The translations under genes and the position numbers were made by a program. The notes below the pieces were generated by a model. The model was not told where the DNA came from. It saw only the letters and a program-made list of their open reading frames with translations, and did not search any database. From contig NZ_JBIBVE010000012.1 of NCBI RefSeq assembly GCF_043080095.1, forward strand, positions 73,367 through 97,366: a stretch of 24,000 nucleotides of DNA, in the 5' to 3' direction. Source of the DNA: Streptomyces sp. NPDC015127 (GTDB lineage: Bacteria > Actinomycetota > Actinomycetes > Streptomycetales > Streptomycetaceae). Below are positions 14,495 to 22,224 of the stretch, one piece after another. Each line of letters opens with the position of its first letter. The first letter of the stretch is position 1.

Positions 14495-15754
14495 ATGGGG
14501 CGTCGTTCGGGTGGATTCATCGGAACCTGGGCGGAGGCACAACGGCAGCAGCAGCGGCAGCGCGAAGCGCAGCACTCGGCGGTTGTCCGACAGCAGAGGG
14601 AGCAGGAGCGACAGCAGCGGGCGTACGCGCGGGACATGGCGCGGATGCACCGGGAGCAGCAGGCCGCTTATCGGCGGCAGCGGGAGCAGGATGTTCTGCG
14701 GCGTACGCAGGAGCTGGATACACGGGTGGCTGCCTTGGAAGGGCTGCTCGTCGCTGGGTGTGAGGCGCCTCGGTTCCGTGTTGCGACGTTGCGGCGGACG
14801 GAGGAGGTGGAGGCCTTCGCGCCGGGGCCTTTGGCGCAGCCGGTGAGGATGCCGGATCCGGCCCATTACCAGTCGCGGGGCGGTTGGACGGCTGCTGGGC
14901 GGGCGCAGGCGGAGCAGGAGGCGCGGGCGCGTTTCGAGCGGGACTGGTATGCGGCGCAGGCGGCCGAGGAGAGGCGTCGGCAGGATCTGGCGGCGTATCG
15001 GCAGCAGTACGACGACTGGGCGCGTGCGCGGCTGGCGGAGATCCGGGAGCACAACGCCGGAATCGAGGGTATGGCCCGTGCTTTGCGTGCGAGTGAGCCG
15101 GAGACGGTGGTGGAGTACTTCTCGGCTGCTCTGTATGCGTCGACGGCTTGGCCGGAGGGGTTTCCGCGGCAGGTGTCGGCGGCGTACGACCGGGCGGCGC
15201 GGCAACTCGTGCTCGATTGGGAGCTGCCCGGCTACGAGGTTGTTCCTGAGGCGAAGGGCGTGCGTTATCTGGTCGGGACGGACCAGGAGAAGGAGATCGC
15301 CCGGCCGGCGGCCCAGCGGAGGGCACTGTACCGGGACGTTCTTGCGCAGAGTGTGTTGCTGGCGTTGCGGGAGTTGTTTGCGGCGGATGAATGCGAAGTG
15401 CTGCGTTCTGTGGCGCTGAATGGCTTCGTGGATGACGTGGATCCGGCGACGGGCCGGCCGTCGCGGGTGGTTCTGGCGTCGGTGATGGTGGATCGCGCGG
15501 AGTTCGAAGCGGTGCATTTGGAGCTGGTCGGTGCGGTGGAGTGTCTGACCGGGGGGCTTCGGGGGCAGTTGTCGGCGCGTCCTGATCAGCGGGTCGCGGT
15601 GCGGCCGGGCCGCGTTCCGGAGCAGGTGGGTTCGGGGGGGGGGGGGGGGGTTCCCGCGGGAGCGGCGGTGAACCGGACCTGCTGGCGATGGATCCGATCG
15701 AGTTCGAGGGCTTGGTGGCGGAGCTGTTCCGCGCGCGTGGGTTTCAGGCGATGA
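14495..15754 (+). CDS. N-terminal fragment of a split restriction-endonuclease-like protein (Q/R-rich coiled coil plus an uncharacterised domain); the frame is disrupted at the poly(G) tract
   Basis: ATG at 14495 with a GGGAGGGG RBS. 'AEAQRQQQRQREAQ...REQERQQRAYARD' is coiled-coil-like. Coding GC3 continues up to the G17 run at 15634-15650. After the run this frame reads Arg/Trp/Cys-rich nonsense until the stop at 15754. Confidence 0.6.
   Translation: MGRRSGGFIGTWAEAQRQQQRQREAQHSAVVRQQREQERQQRAYARDMARMHREQQAAYRRQREQDVLRRTQELDTRVAALEGLLVAGCEAPRFRVATLRRTEEVEAFAPGPLAQPVRMPDPAHYQSRGGWTAAGRAQAEQEARARFERDWYAAQAAEERRRQDLAAYRQQYDDWARARLAEIREHNAGIEGMARALRASEPETVVEYFSAALYASTAWPEGFPRQVSAAYDRAARQLVLDWELPGYEVVPEAKGVRYLVGTDQEKEIARPAAQRRALYRDVLAQSVLLALRELFAADECEVLRSVALNGFVDDVDPATGRPSRVVLASVMVDRAEFEAVHLELVGAVECLTGGLRGQLSARPDQRVAVRPGRVPEQVGSGGGGGVPAGAAVNRTCWRWIRSSSRAWWRSCSARVGFRR
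15634..15650 (+). repeat. Homopolymeric G17 tract (encodes a poly-Gly linker and is the frameshift site)
   Basis: Direct count gives 17 consecutive G at 15634-15650. I saw no other run longer than about 7 nt in this window. Confidence 0.95.
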
Positions 15755-16593
15755 CAACGCAGCGGTCGAACGACGGTGGGGTGGATGTGGATGCGGTCGA
15801 TCCTGATCCGATCAGCGGCGGGAAGATCGTTGTGCAGGTGAAGCGCTACCGTGGCACGGTTCCGGTGGCTGCGGTGCGGGAGTTGTTCGGCACTGTTCAG
15901 GCGACGGGTGCCAACAAGGGTGTTCTGGTGACTACGTCGGGTTTCGGTCCGGGTGCGTACACCTTTGCCAATGGCAAGCCTTTGACGCTCGTGTCGGGGA
16001 CGGAACTGGTTGATCTGCTGCACCGGCACGGGCTGCGTGGGCGTCTCGGTGACGGGGAGGCGGTCTCGGTTCCTGCGTCGGCTGCGGACGAGGTTCCAGG
16101 CAGTGATCACGACTACAGCGTGCTCGGGATGTCGTGGTCGGGCTCGGTGGCTCTGGATGTCTGTGCGTTGGTGTGCGCGGGGAACAGGGTGCTCGGCGAC
16201 GAGTTCTTCGTTTTCTTCAACAACGAGGCGACGCCGGACGGCTCTGTGCGCATGTTGGGTTCGTTTGCCGGGGATCGGACGGCGATTCGGGTGGCGTTCG
16301 ATGCGTTGCCGGAGGGGGCGGATCGACTGGTGCTGGTGGCGGCGGTCGATCCGGAGGTGAATCCGGATGCTGATCTCTCGACATTCGCGGATGCGTCGAT
16401 CCGGCTCCGGGATGCGTCGGGCGTGGAGCTGGACAGGTTGGTCGTGTCGGACGGTCGGGACAGTGAGACGGCGCTGGTCCTGGGATCGTTCCGGCGGCGT
16501 TCCAGCGGAGACTGGGAGTTCGTGCTGGGCGGCAAGGGCTACCGGGGTGGTTTGGAGGAGCTGGTGGGGGATTTCGGGATCGCGGTGGAGTAA
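15688..16593 (+). CDS. C-terminal fragment: Mrr_cat-type restriction endonuclease domain fused to a TerD-like domain
   Basis: Mrr_cat: 'PIEFEGLVAELFRARGF...NDGGVDVDAV...KIVVQVKRYRGTVPVAAVRELFG...GANKGVLVTTSGF' (a D...(Q)VK PD-(D/E)xK core). TerD-like: 'ALDVCALV...DEFFVFFNNEATPDGSVRM...LVLVAAV...ETALVLGSFRRRSSGDWEFVLGGKGYRGGLEELVGDFGI'. This frame is open back to the G-tract (SRGSGGEPDLLAMDP...). Confidence 0.7.
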   Translation: MDPIEFEGLVAELFRARGFQAMTTQRSNDGGVDVDAVDPDPISGGKIVVQVKRYRGTVPVAAVRELFGTVQATGANKGVLVTTSGFGPGAYTFANGKPLTLVSGTELVDLLHRHGLRGRLGDGEAVSVPASAADEVPGSDHDYSVLGMSWSGSVALDVCALVCAGNRVLGDEFFVFFNNEATPDGSVRMLGSFAGDRTAIRVAFDALPEGADRLVLVAAVDPEVNPDADLSTFADASIRLRDASGVELDRLVVSDGRDSETALVLGSFRRRSSGDWEFVLGGKGYRGGLEELVGDFGIAVE

Positions 16594-16600
16594 GCCGACT

Positions 16601-16636
16601 GCCCGGGCCGACGTGCTGTCGGCCCGGGCGCTTTTT
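16601..16636 (+). terminator. Rho-independent terminator after the Mrr_cat-TerD gene
   Basis: 12-bp perfect stem: GCCCGGGCCGAC (16601-16612) and GTCGGCCCGGGC (16618-16629), followed by GCTTTTT. Confidence 0.75.
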
Positions 16637-16639
16637 CAT

Positions 16640-16990
16640 GTCCCGGACACCTGGGGGTGCGGGCCAGGACGCCGTGGCCCCGGGTGGGGGTGTGCGGGCC
16701 GAGGGTGTGAGGGTCGAGGCTGAGTGCGGCGGCGATCTTCGGGGCGAGGTCGGACGCGACCCAGTCCCATTCGTCGTCGCCGCCGACCTCCGCGTGGCAC
16801 CGGGTCTCGAAGGGCAGCGGGTCGCCGATGGTCAGGTCGCGTCGTCGACCGCGGCGACCGCGTCCGCGAAGCCGGTCGGCTGCGGGTCGGTGAGCTCCAT
16901 CGCGTCGAGTACGGCTGTCTGGTCGCCGGTGGGGAGCGCCGGCCAGTGCAGTCGGCATGCGGTGATGGGGGCGGGGGTGTCGGTGGGCAT
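16640..16990 (-). pseudogene. Hypothetical-protein gene remnant, frameshifted at about 16835-16850 and apparently 3'-truncated
   Basis: The ATG at 16990 overlaps the stop of the upstream oxidoreductase (TGATG). The first 52 codons ('MPTDTPAPITACRLHWPALPTGDQ...AVDDAT*') have high GC3. A second frame then shows equally strong GC3 ('DLTIGDPLPFETRCHAEVGGDDEWDWVASDLAPKIAAAL...'). That frame loses its coding character near 16650 and runs through the neighbouring terminator without a native-looking end. Confidence 0.45.
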
Positions 16991-18381
16991 CAGTGGCGGC
17001 CCGAGATCTTGTCCGCGAGTCTGGCCAGGCGGTCCGTCGTGGGCGTGTGGGTGGTGGCTTCGCGGCGGTCCGCGGTGCGGTAGGCCGCGTAGAGGGTGTG
17101 GACGCCGAGCCAGCGCAGCGGTTCCGGTTCCCAGTTGCGGACTTTGTGGTTCACCCAGGGCAGGGCGGTGAGGTCGGTGGGGCCGGACTGGCCGGCGTCC
17201 TGCTGGATCAGGTCGCGGAGGGTGCGGGCGGCGAGGTTGGCGGTGGCGACGCCGGAGCCGACGTAGCCGCCTGCCCAGCCGAGGCCGGTGGAGCGGTCGA
17301 GGGTGACGGTGGCGCACCAGTCGCGGGGGACGCCGAGGACGCCGGACCAGGCGTGGGCGATGCCGGTGCCGGCGAGGCGGGGGAAGAAGCGGACGAGGAT
17401 GTCGCGCAGGGCGTCGATGGTGGTGGGCTGGGTGCGTCCGTCATTGTCGGTCCTGGAGCCGTAGCGGTAGGGGACGCCGCGGCCGCCGATGGCGATGCGG
17501 TCGTCGGCGGTGCGCTGGGCGTACATGTAGGCGTGCGCCATGTCGCCGAGGGTTTCGCGTCCGGACCAGCCGATGTCGGACCAGACGTGTTCGGGCAGCG
17601 GGTCCGTGACGATCATGGAGGAGTTCATGGGGAGCCAGGTGCGGTGGCGGCCCTTGAGGGAGGCGGTGAAGCCTTCGGTGCAGCGCAGGATGTAGGGGGC
17701 GCGGACGGTGCCGTACGGGGTGACGGCGTGCTTGGGCCTGATCTCGGTGACCGGGGTGGACTCGTGGATGGTGACGCCGAGCGCTTCGACGGCGGCGGCG
17801 AGGCCCTTGACGAGTTTGACCGGGTGGAGGCGGGCGCCGTGCGGGGTCCAGGTGGAGGCGACGGCTCCGGTGACGCGGATGCGTTCGGCGGTCTCGCGGG
17901 CGCCGAGCAGGAGGCGGTCCTTCTCGCCGAAGGCGATGTCGACGGCGTGGAAGGCTTTGAGGCGGGCGAGTTGGGCGGGGGTGTGGGCGATTTCGAGGAC
18001 GCCGCCCTTGTGGATGTCGGCGTCGATGGATTCCTCGCCGGCGACGCGGATGACTTCGTCGACGGTGTCGTTCATCGCCTGCTGGAGGCGGACGGCGGCG
18101 TCGTGGCCGTGCAGGCGGGCGTAGCGGTCGCGTCCGGCGATGCCGTTGTAGAGCCAGCCGCCGTTGCGTCCGGAGGCGCCGTATCCGCAGAACGTGGCTT
18201 CGAGGACGGTGATGTTGAGGAAGGGGACGGCCTTCTTGAGGTAGTACGCGGTCCACAGGCCGGTGTATCCGCCGCCGACGATGCAGACGTCGGCGGTGGT
18301 GTCGCCGGGCAGGGGTTCGCGGGGGGCGGGTGTGCCGTCCTGTGCGTACCAGAACGAAATGCCGCCGTTGACGGTGCTCAT
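16990..18381 (-). CDS. FAD-dependent oxidoreductase (DAO family, gamma-glutamylputrescine-oxidase-like)
   Basis: The ATG at 18381 has a GGGAAG RBS. Dinucleotide fold 'DVCIVGGGYTGLWTAYYL', 'ASGRNGG' and a C-terminal 'GGYVGSGVATANLAAR'. The 796-aa track ORF is an upstream over-extension. Confidence 0.8.
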   Translation of the reverse strand: MSTVNGGISFWYAQDGTPAPREPLPGDTTADVCIVGGGYTGLWTAYYLKKAVPFLNITVLEATFCGYGASGRNGGWLYNGIAGRDRYARLHGHDAAVRLQQAMNDTVDEVIRVAGEESIDADIHKGGVLEIAHTPAQLARLKAFHAVDIAFGEKDRLLLGARETAERIRVTGAVASTWTPHGARLHPVKLVKGLAAAVEALGVTIHESTPVTEIRPKHAVTPYGTVRAPYILRCTEGFTASLKGRHRTWLPMNSSMIVTDPLPEHVWSDIGWSGRETLGDMAHAYMYAQRTADDRIAIGGRGVPYRYGSRTDNDGRTQPTTIDALRDILVRFFPRLAGTGIAHAWSGVLGVPRDWCATVTLDRSTGLGWAGGYVGSGVATANLAARTLRDLIQQDAGQSGPTDLTALPWVNHKVRNWEPEPLRWLGVHTLYAAYRTADRREATTHTPTTDRLARLADKISGRH

Positions 18382-18468
18382 GTCGATTGCTGCTTCCCTG
18401 CCGGTGGACGCGTTCGTGTGGCGGGAATTTACTGCTCCGGGCGGGGTTTCGCGACGTACGATCGCGGC

Positions 18469-19353
18469 GTGATCGACATTCCGGACGAGCTGGTCGCCTC
18501 CTTGCTGTCGTACGGGGAGGAGTCGGGGCGGGCTCTGGTCGAGGCGTTGCCGGGGCGGGCGGAGGCTTTTCTCGACGGGTGGGGGCTGCGGCTCGACGGG
18601 CCGTCGATGTACGGCGGGGTCTCGTTGGTGCTGCCGGTGGTGTGTGCGGACGGTACGCGGGCGGTGCTGAAGCTGCAGCAGCGTGACGAGGAGACCGAGG
18701 GCGAGTGGCTGGCGTTGCGCACGTGGGCCGGTGACGGGGTGGCGCGGTTGCTGGAGTGCGACGCGCAGACGGGGACGCTGTTGCTGGAGAGGGTGGTTCC
18801 GGGGCGGCATCTGTCGACGGTGGCGGACGACCGGGCGGCGACGGAGGTGCTGGCCGGGCTGCTGGCGCGGTTGTCGTCGGTGGCGGCGCCGGTGGGGTTG
18901 CGCAGGCTGGGGGATGTCGCGGCGCGGATGCTGGTGGGGGTGCCGGCGGCGGTCCTGGGGCTGGCGTACGAGGAGGAGCGGCGTCTGCTGCGGGACTGTG
19001 CGGCGGCGGTGCGGGAGGTGGCGGGGGAGCCGGGTGACCGGCTGCTGCACTGGGATCTGCACTTCGACAACGTCCTGGCGGCGGAGCGTGAGCCGTGGCT
19101 GGCGATCGATCCGAAGCCGCTCGCGGGGGATCCGGGGTTCGAGTTGCTGCCGGCGCTGTGGAACCGGTTCGACGAGGACGCGGTGCTGTGGCGGTTCGAT
19201 CTGCTGACGGAGGTGCTGGGGCTGGACCGTGAGCGGGCGCGTGCGTGGACGCTGGGGAGGGTGCTGCAGAACGGGCTGTGGGAGGTCGAGGAGGGGGAGG
19301 ACGAGCTCGACGAGGACCAGGTGTTCATCGCTCGGACACTGCTGGCACGGTAG
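18469..19353 (+). CDS. Aminoglycoside/hydroxyurea antibiotic-resistance kinase family protein (APH(6)/streptomycin 6-kinase-like)
   Basis: Kinase catalytic loop 'LLHWDLHFDNVLA', 'LAIDPKPLAGDPGFE' and an N-lobe 'AVLKL'. The start (GTG 18469) is uncertain; a GTG at 18418 is an alternative. The first roughly 490 residues of the 786-aa track ORF are antisense to the oxidoreductase. Confidence 0.7.
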   Translation: MIDIPDELVASLLSYGEESGRALVEALPGRAEAFLDGWGLRLDGPSMYGGVSLVLPVVCADGTRAVLKLQQRDEETEGEWLALRTWAGDGVARLLECDAQTGTLLLERVVPGRHLSTVADDRAATEVLAGLLARLSSVAAPVGLRRLGDVAARMLVGVPAAVLGLAYEEERRLLRDCAAAVREVAGEPGDRLLHWDLHFDNVLAAEREPWLAIDPKPLAGDPGFELLPALWNRFDEDAVLWRFDLLTEVLGLDRERARAWTLGRVLQNGLWEVEEGEDELDEDQVFIARTLLAR

Positions 19354-19378
19354 GCGGCCGTCGGGGCAGGCTGTGCCC

Positions 19379-19849
19379 ATGATTCGTACTGCTGCGCCTG
19401 ACGACGTGCCCGTGATCCACGAGATGGTCCGGGAGCTCGCGGACTACGAGAAGGCCCTGCACGAGGTGAGGGTGACCGAGGAGCAGTTGCGTGAGGCGCT
19501 GTTCGGGGAGCGGCCCGCCGCGTTCGCGCACATCGCGGAGACGGATGCGGGGGAGGTGGCCGGGTTCGCGTTGTGGTTCCTGAACTTCTCGACGTGGCGT
19601 GGGGTGCACGGGATCTATCTGGAGGATCTGTACGTGCGGCCGCAGTTGCGGGGCGGTGGTCATGGCAAGGCGCTGCTGACGGAGTTGGCGCGGATCTGTG
19701 TGGCGCGCGGGTACGAGCGCCTGGAGTGGTCGGTGCTGGACTGGAACGCCCCGTCGATCAGTTTCTACGAGTCGCTGGGTGCGAAGCCGCAGGACGAGTG
19801 GACGGTGTACCGGCTGACGGACGGGGCGCTCGCGGCGTTGGGGTCGTAG
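19379..19849 (+). CDS. GNAT-family N-acetyltransferase (diamine/spermidine acetyltransferase-like)
   Basis: 'IRTAAPDDVPVIHEMVRELADYEK', the acetyl-CoA motif 'VRPQLRGGGHGKALL' and 'FYESLGA'. It lies 25 bp downstream of the kinase gene. Confidence 0.8.
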   Translation: MIRTAAPDDVPVIHEMVRELADYEKALHEVRVTEEQLREALFGERPAAFAHIAETDAGEVAGFALWFLNFSTWRGVHGIYLEDLYVRPQLRGGGHGKALLTELARICVARGYERLEWSVLDWNAPSISFYESLGAKPQDEWTVYRLTDGALAALGS

Positions 19850-19859
19850 GCCGAGGGCC

Positions 19860-20855
19860 TTACGGGATGAGGACGACCTTGCCGACGGTGCCGCGGGTTT
19901 CCAGGGCGCGGTGGGCGGCGGCGGCCTGGTGGAGGGGGAAGCGGGTGACGGCGGGCCGCAGTCGGCCGGCGGCGGCTTCGGTGAGGGCGCGGGTCTCCAG
20001 TGCGCGCAGGCCGCCGGCCTTTTCGAGCATGGCGGGGCCGAGGACGCCTTCGGAGGTGATGCCGCGTGCGGCGAGTTCCTCGTCGGTGAAGAGGGGGGCG
20101 GTGTCGGTCGTGATGCCCTGGCTGGACCAGCCGAAGACGATGTGCCGCCCGCCCTTGCCGAGGAGGTCGGCGGCGGTGCGGGCGGTGTCCCCGCCGACGG
20201 AGTCGTAGAGGACGGTGGCGCGGCGGTCGCCGAGGTGGGCGCGGACCGTGGCGGGCCAGTCGGGGCGCAGGTAGTCGACGGCGAGGTCGGCGCCGTTGGC
20301 GCGGACGCGGGCGGTCTTGTCGGGGCCGCCCGCGAGGCCGATGACGGTGGCGCCGGCGTTCTTGGCGTACTGGACGATCAGGGTGCCGATGCCGCCCGCG
20401 GCGGCGGGGACGATGACGGTGTCGTCGGGGCCGAGGTCGGTGAACTGGAGGATGCCGAGGGCGGTGCGGCCGGTGCCGATCATGGCGACGGCCTCGGCTT
20501 CGTCGAGGCCGTCGCAGACGGGGTGGAGGCGGTCGGCGTCGGTGACGGCGAGTTCGGCGTAGCCTCCGGGGTTCATGCCGAGGTGGGCGACGACGCGCTT
20601 GCCGAGCCAGGTCTCGTCGGTGCCGTCGCCGATGCGGTCGACGGTTCCGGCGACCTCGCGGCCGGGCACGGTGGGGAGTGCGACGGGGGCCGGGTAGGGG
20701 CCTTGGGCGCCTTGGCGCAGGGCGGCGTCGAGGAGGTGCACGCCGGCGGCGGCGACGGCGATCCGTACCTGGCCGGGGCCGGGTACGGGGTCGGCGACGC
20801 TTTCGTGGGTGAGGTTCTCGGCGGGGCCGAAGGCGTGGAGGCGGACGGCGTGCAT
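19860..20855 (-). CDS. Zinc-type/MDR-superfamily NAD(P)H quinone oxidoreductase
   Basis: 'MHAVRLHAFGPAENL', 'PGREVAGTV', the nucleotide motif 'VPAAAGGIGTLIVQYAK' and 'GKVVLIP' at the C-terminus. The ATG at 20855 is preceded by GGGAG. Confidence 0.8.
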   Translation of the reverse strand: MHAVRLHAFGPAENLTHESVADPVPGPGQVRIAVAAAGVHLLDAALRQGAQGPYPAPVALPTVPGREVAGTVDRIGDGTDETWLGKRVVAHLGMNPGGYAELAVTDADRLHPVCDGLDEAEAVAMIGTGRTALGILQFTDLGPDDTVIVPAAAGGIGTLIVQYAKNAGATVIGLAGGPDKTARVRANGADLAVDYLRPDWPATVRAHLGDRRATVLYDSVGGDTARTAADLLGKGGRHIVFGWSSQGITTDTAPLFTDEELAARGITSEGVLGPAMLEKAGGLRALETRALTEAAAGRLRPAVTRFPLHQAAAAHRALETRGTVGKVVLIP

Positions 20856-20898
20856 GGTGGGCTCCCTCGTTGTCGGTTGCGGGACCCACTGTTCGACC

Positions 20899-22098
20899 TC
20901 AACTTTGCTTGAGGTCAAGGGCCTTTCGGGTGCCGCTGTGCCGGGTGCCCGTGTACGGGGCGACGCGCAGGGCGAGCGAGGCCGCTTCCAGGCCGCTGTT
21001 GAACGCCACCTCGGACAGGAGCCCGGGGGCCGCGACCTGGTCGCCGGCGAGGTAGACCCCGTCGCCGCGGTCGATGGCGGGCCGGTCGCGCCAGGTGGTG
21101 CCGGGCACGTCCACGGCGCCGGTGCGGCCGTTGGCCAGCGCCTCGCGGCGCCATGCGGTGCGCTCGCGCCAGCCGGGGAAGCCGAGGTCGAGGAGGGCTT
21201 CGGCGTGGGCGACGCCGTCGGCCTTGGACGCCTCGGGGGCGATCGGGAGCTGGGCCTGGAGGAGCGACTGCCCCTCGGGGGCGAGCGACCGGTCCTGGGC
21301 GGTGAAGCGTTCCAGCCAGCCGGGCGCGTCGAGGTCGGAGACGACGAACGGGTCGCCGCGCCGGCTGCGCAGCGCCAGGTCGACGAGGGTGGTACGGCCG
21401 CTGGTCCAGCGCAGGCTGTCGTCGCCGAGGAGCCGGCGGGCGGCGTCGAGGGAGGTGGCGACGATCACGGGACCGTGGCGCTCGGGCAGGGCGTCGACGC
21501 GGGAGGTGGTCTCGATGCGTACGCCGAGGTCCCAGGCGCGCGCCGCCATGCGGTCGACGACCTGGCCCCAGCCACCGCGCGGGTAGTGGGCCTCGGGCGG
21601 CAGGGCGGTGGTGCGGCGGAGCCGTTCCTGGACGAAGGCGGCGGAGAGCGAGCCGGGGTCGTGGTGGAAGAGGGCGACGCCCATGAAGTGGGCGGTGGCG
21701 CGGGCTCCTTCCTCACCGGCGACGCGGGTGGCCCAGGACAGGAAGTCGGTGTCGACGGGGGCCTCCGCGGCGGGGCGGCGGGCGATCTTCAGCAGGGCGA
21801 GCGGCGGGGTCCTGCGGAGCGCGCCGCCGCGGCGGAAGCGGAACCGGGCGCCTTCGCGGGGCGGGAGCGCGGCCATGGGGCCGAGCAGGCCGCGCTGCTT
21901 GAGCCAGGTCCAGTGGGGGCCGCGGTTGTAGAGGGCGTGCGGACCGTCGTTGGTCCGGTACGGGCCCTCCGTGGTGCGGGCCCGGCCGCCGAGCGTGTGG
22001 TGAGCCTCGTACAGGGCCACGCGGGCACCGGACTCGGCGGCGGTGATGGCGGCGGTGAGGCCGGCGAAGCCGCCGCCGACGACCGTGATCTCCTGCAT
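20899..22098 (-). CDS. NAD(P)/FAD-dependent oxidoreductase (amine-oxidase/phytoene-desaturase superfamily)
   Basis: 'ITVVGGGFAGLTAAITAAESGARVALYEAHHTLGGRA' dinucleotide-binding motif and a C-terminal 'VYLAGD'. The ATG at 22098 has a GGGGAGAG RBS. It lies 43 bp upstream of the MDR gene on the same strand, so the two probably form an operon. Confidence 0.75.
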   Translation of the reverse strand: MQEITVVGGGFAGLTAAITAAESGARVALYEAHHTLGGRARTTEGPYRTNDGPHALYNRGPHWTWLKQRGLLGPMAALPPREGARFRFRRGGALRRTPPLALLKIARRPAAEAPVDTDFLSWATRVAGEEGARATAHFMGVALFHHDPGSLSAAFVQERLRRTTALPPEAHYPRGGWGQVVDRMAARAWDLGVRIETTSRVDALPERHGPVIVATSLDAARRLLGDDSLRWTSGRTTLVDLALRSRRGDPFVVSDLDAPGWLERFTAQDRSLAPEGQSLLQAQLPIAPEASKADGVAHAEALLDLGFPGWRERTAWRREALANGRTGAVDVPGTTWRDRPAIDRGDGVYLAGDQVAAPGLLSEVAFNSGLEAASLALRVAPYTGTRHSGTRKALDLKQS

Positions 22099-22224
22099 TG
22101 CTGTCTCTCCCCGGATGGCTCGGCCCGCTGTCGACTCGCGCGGTTGTCTCCGATGGGACGGATCCGGTGCCGCGATGTGTGACATCGCCGCGGCCCGAGG
22201 GCGTTGTCAGTGGCACACGTCACC

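Noticed and set aside
14429-15757. 442-aa minus-strand ORF opposite the coiled-coil/nuclease N-terminal fragment
   Set aside because: It is a Pro/Arg-rich shadow of the Q/R/E-rich sense frame. It would also start inside the G-tract region and end within the tRNA terminator.
16993-18468. N-terminal roughly 490 aa of the 786-aa plus-strand ORF that ends in the APH-like kinase
   Set aside because: This part is antisense to the FAD oxidoreductase and is Gly/Ala/Asp/Val low-complexity sequence. Kinase-like sequence only begins near 18469.
18382-19380. Upstream roughly 330 aa of the 796-aa minus-strand ORF containing the FAD oxidoreductase
   Set aside because: This part is Pro/Arg/Gln-rich and antisense to the kinase gene. 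The flavoenzyme has its own ATG with an RBS at 18381, immediately before the GxGxxG motif.
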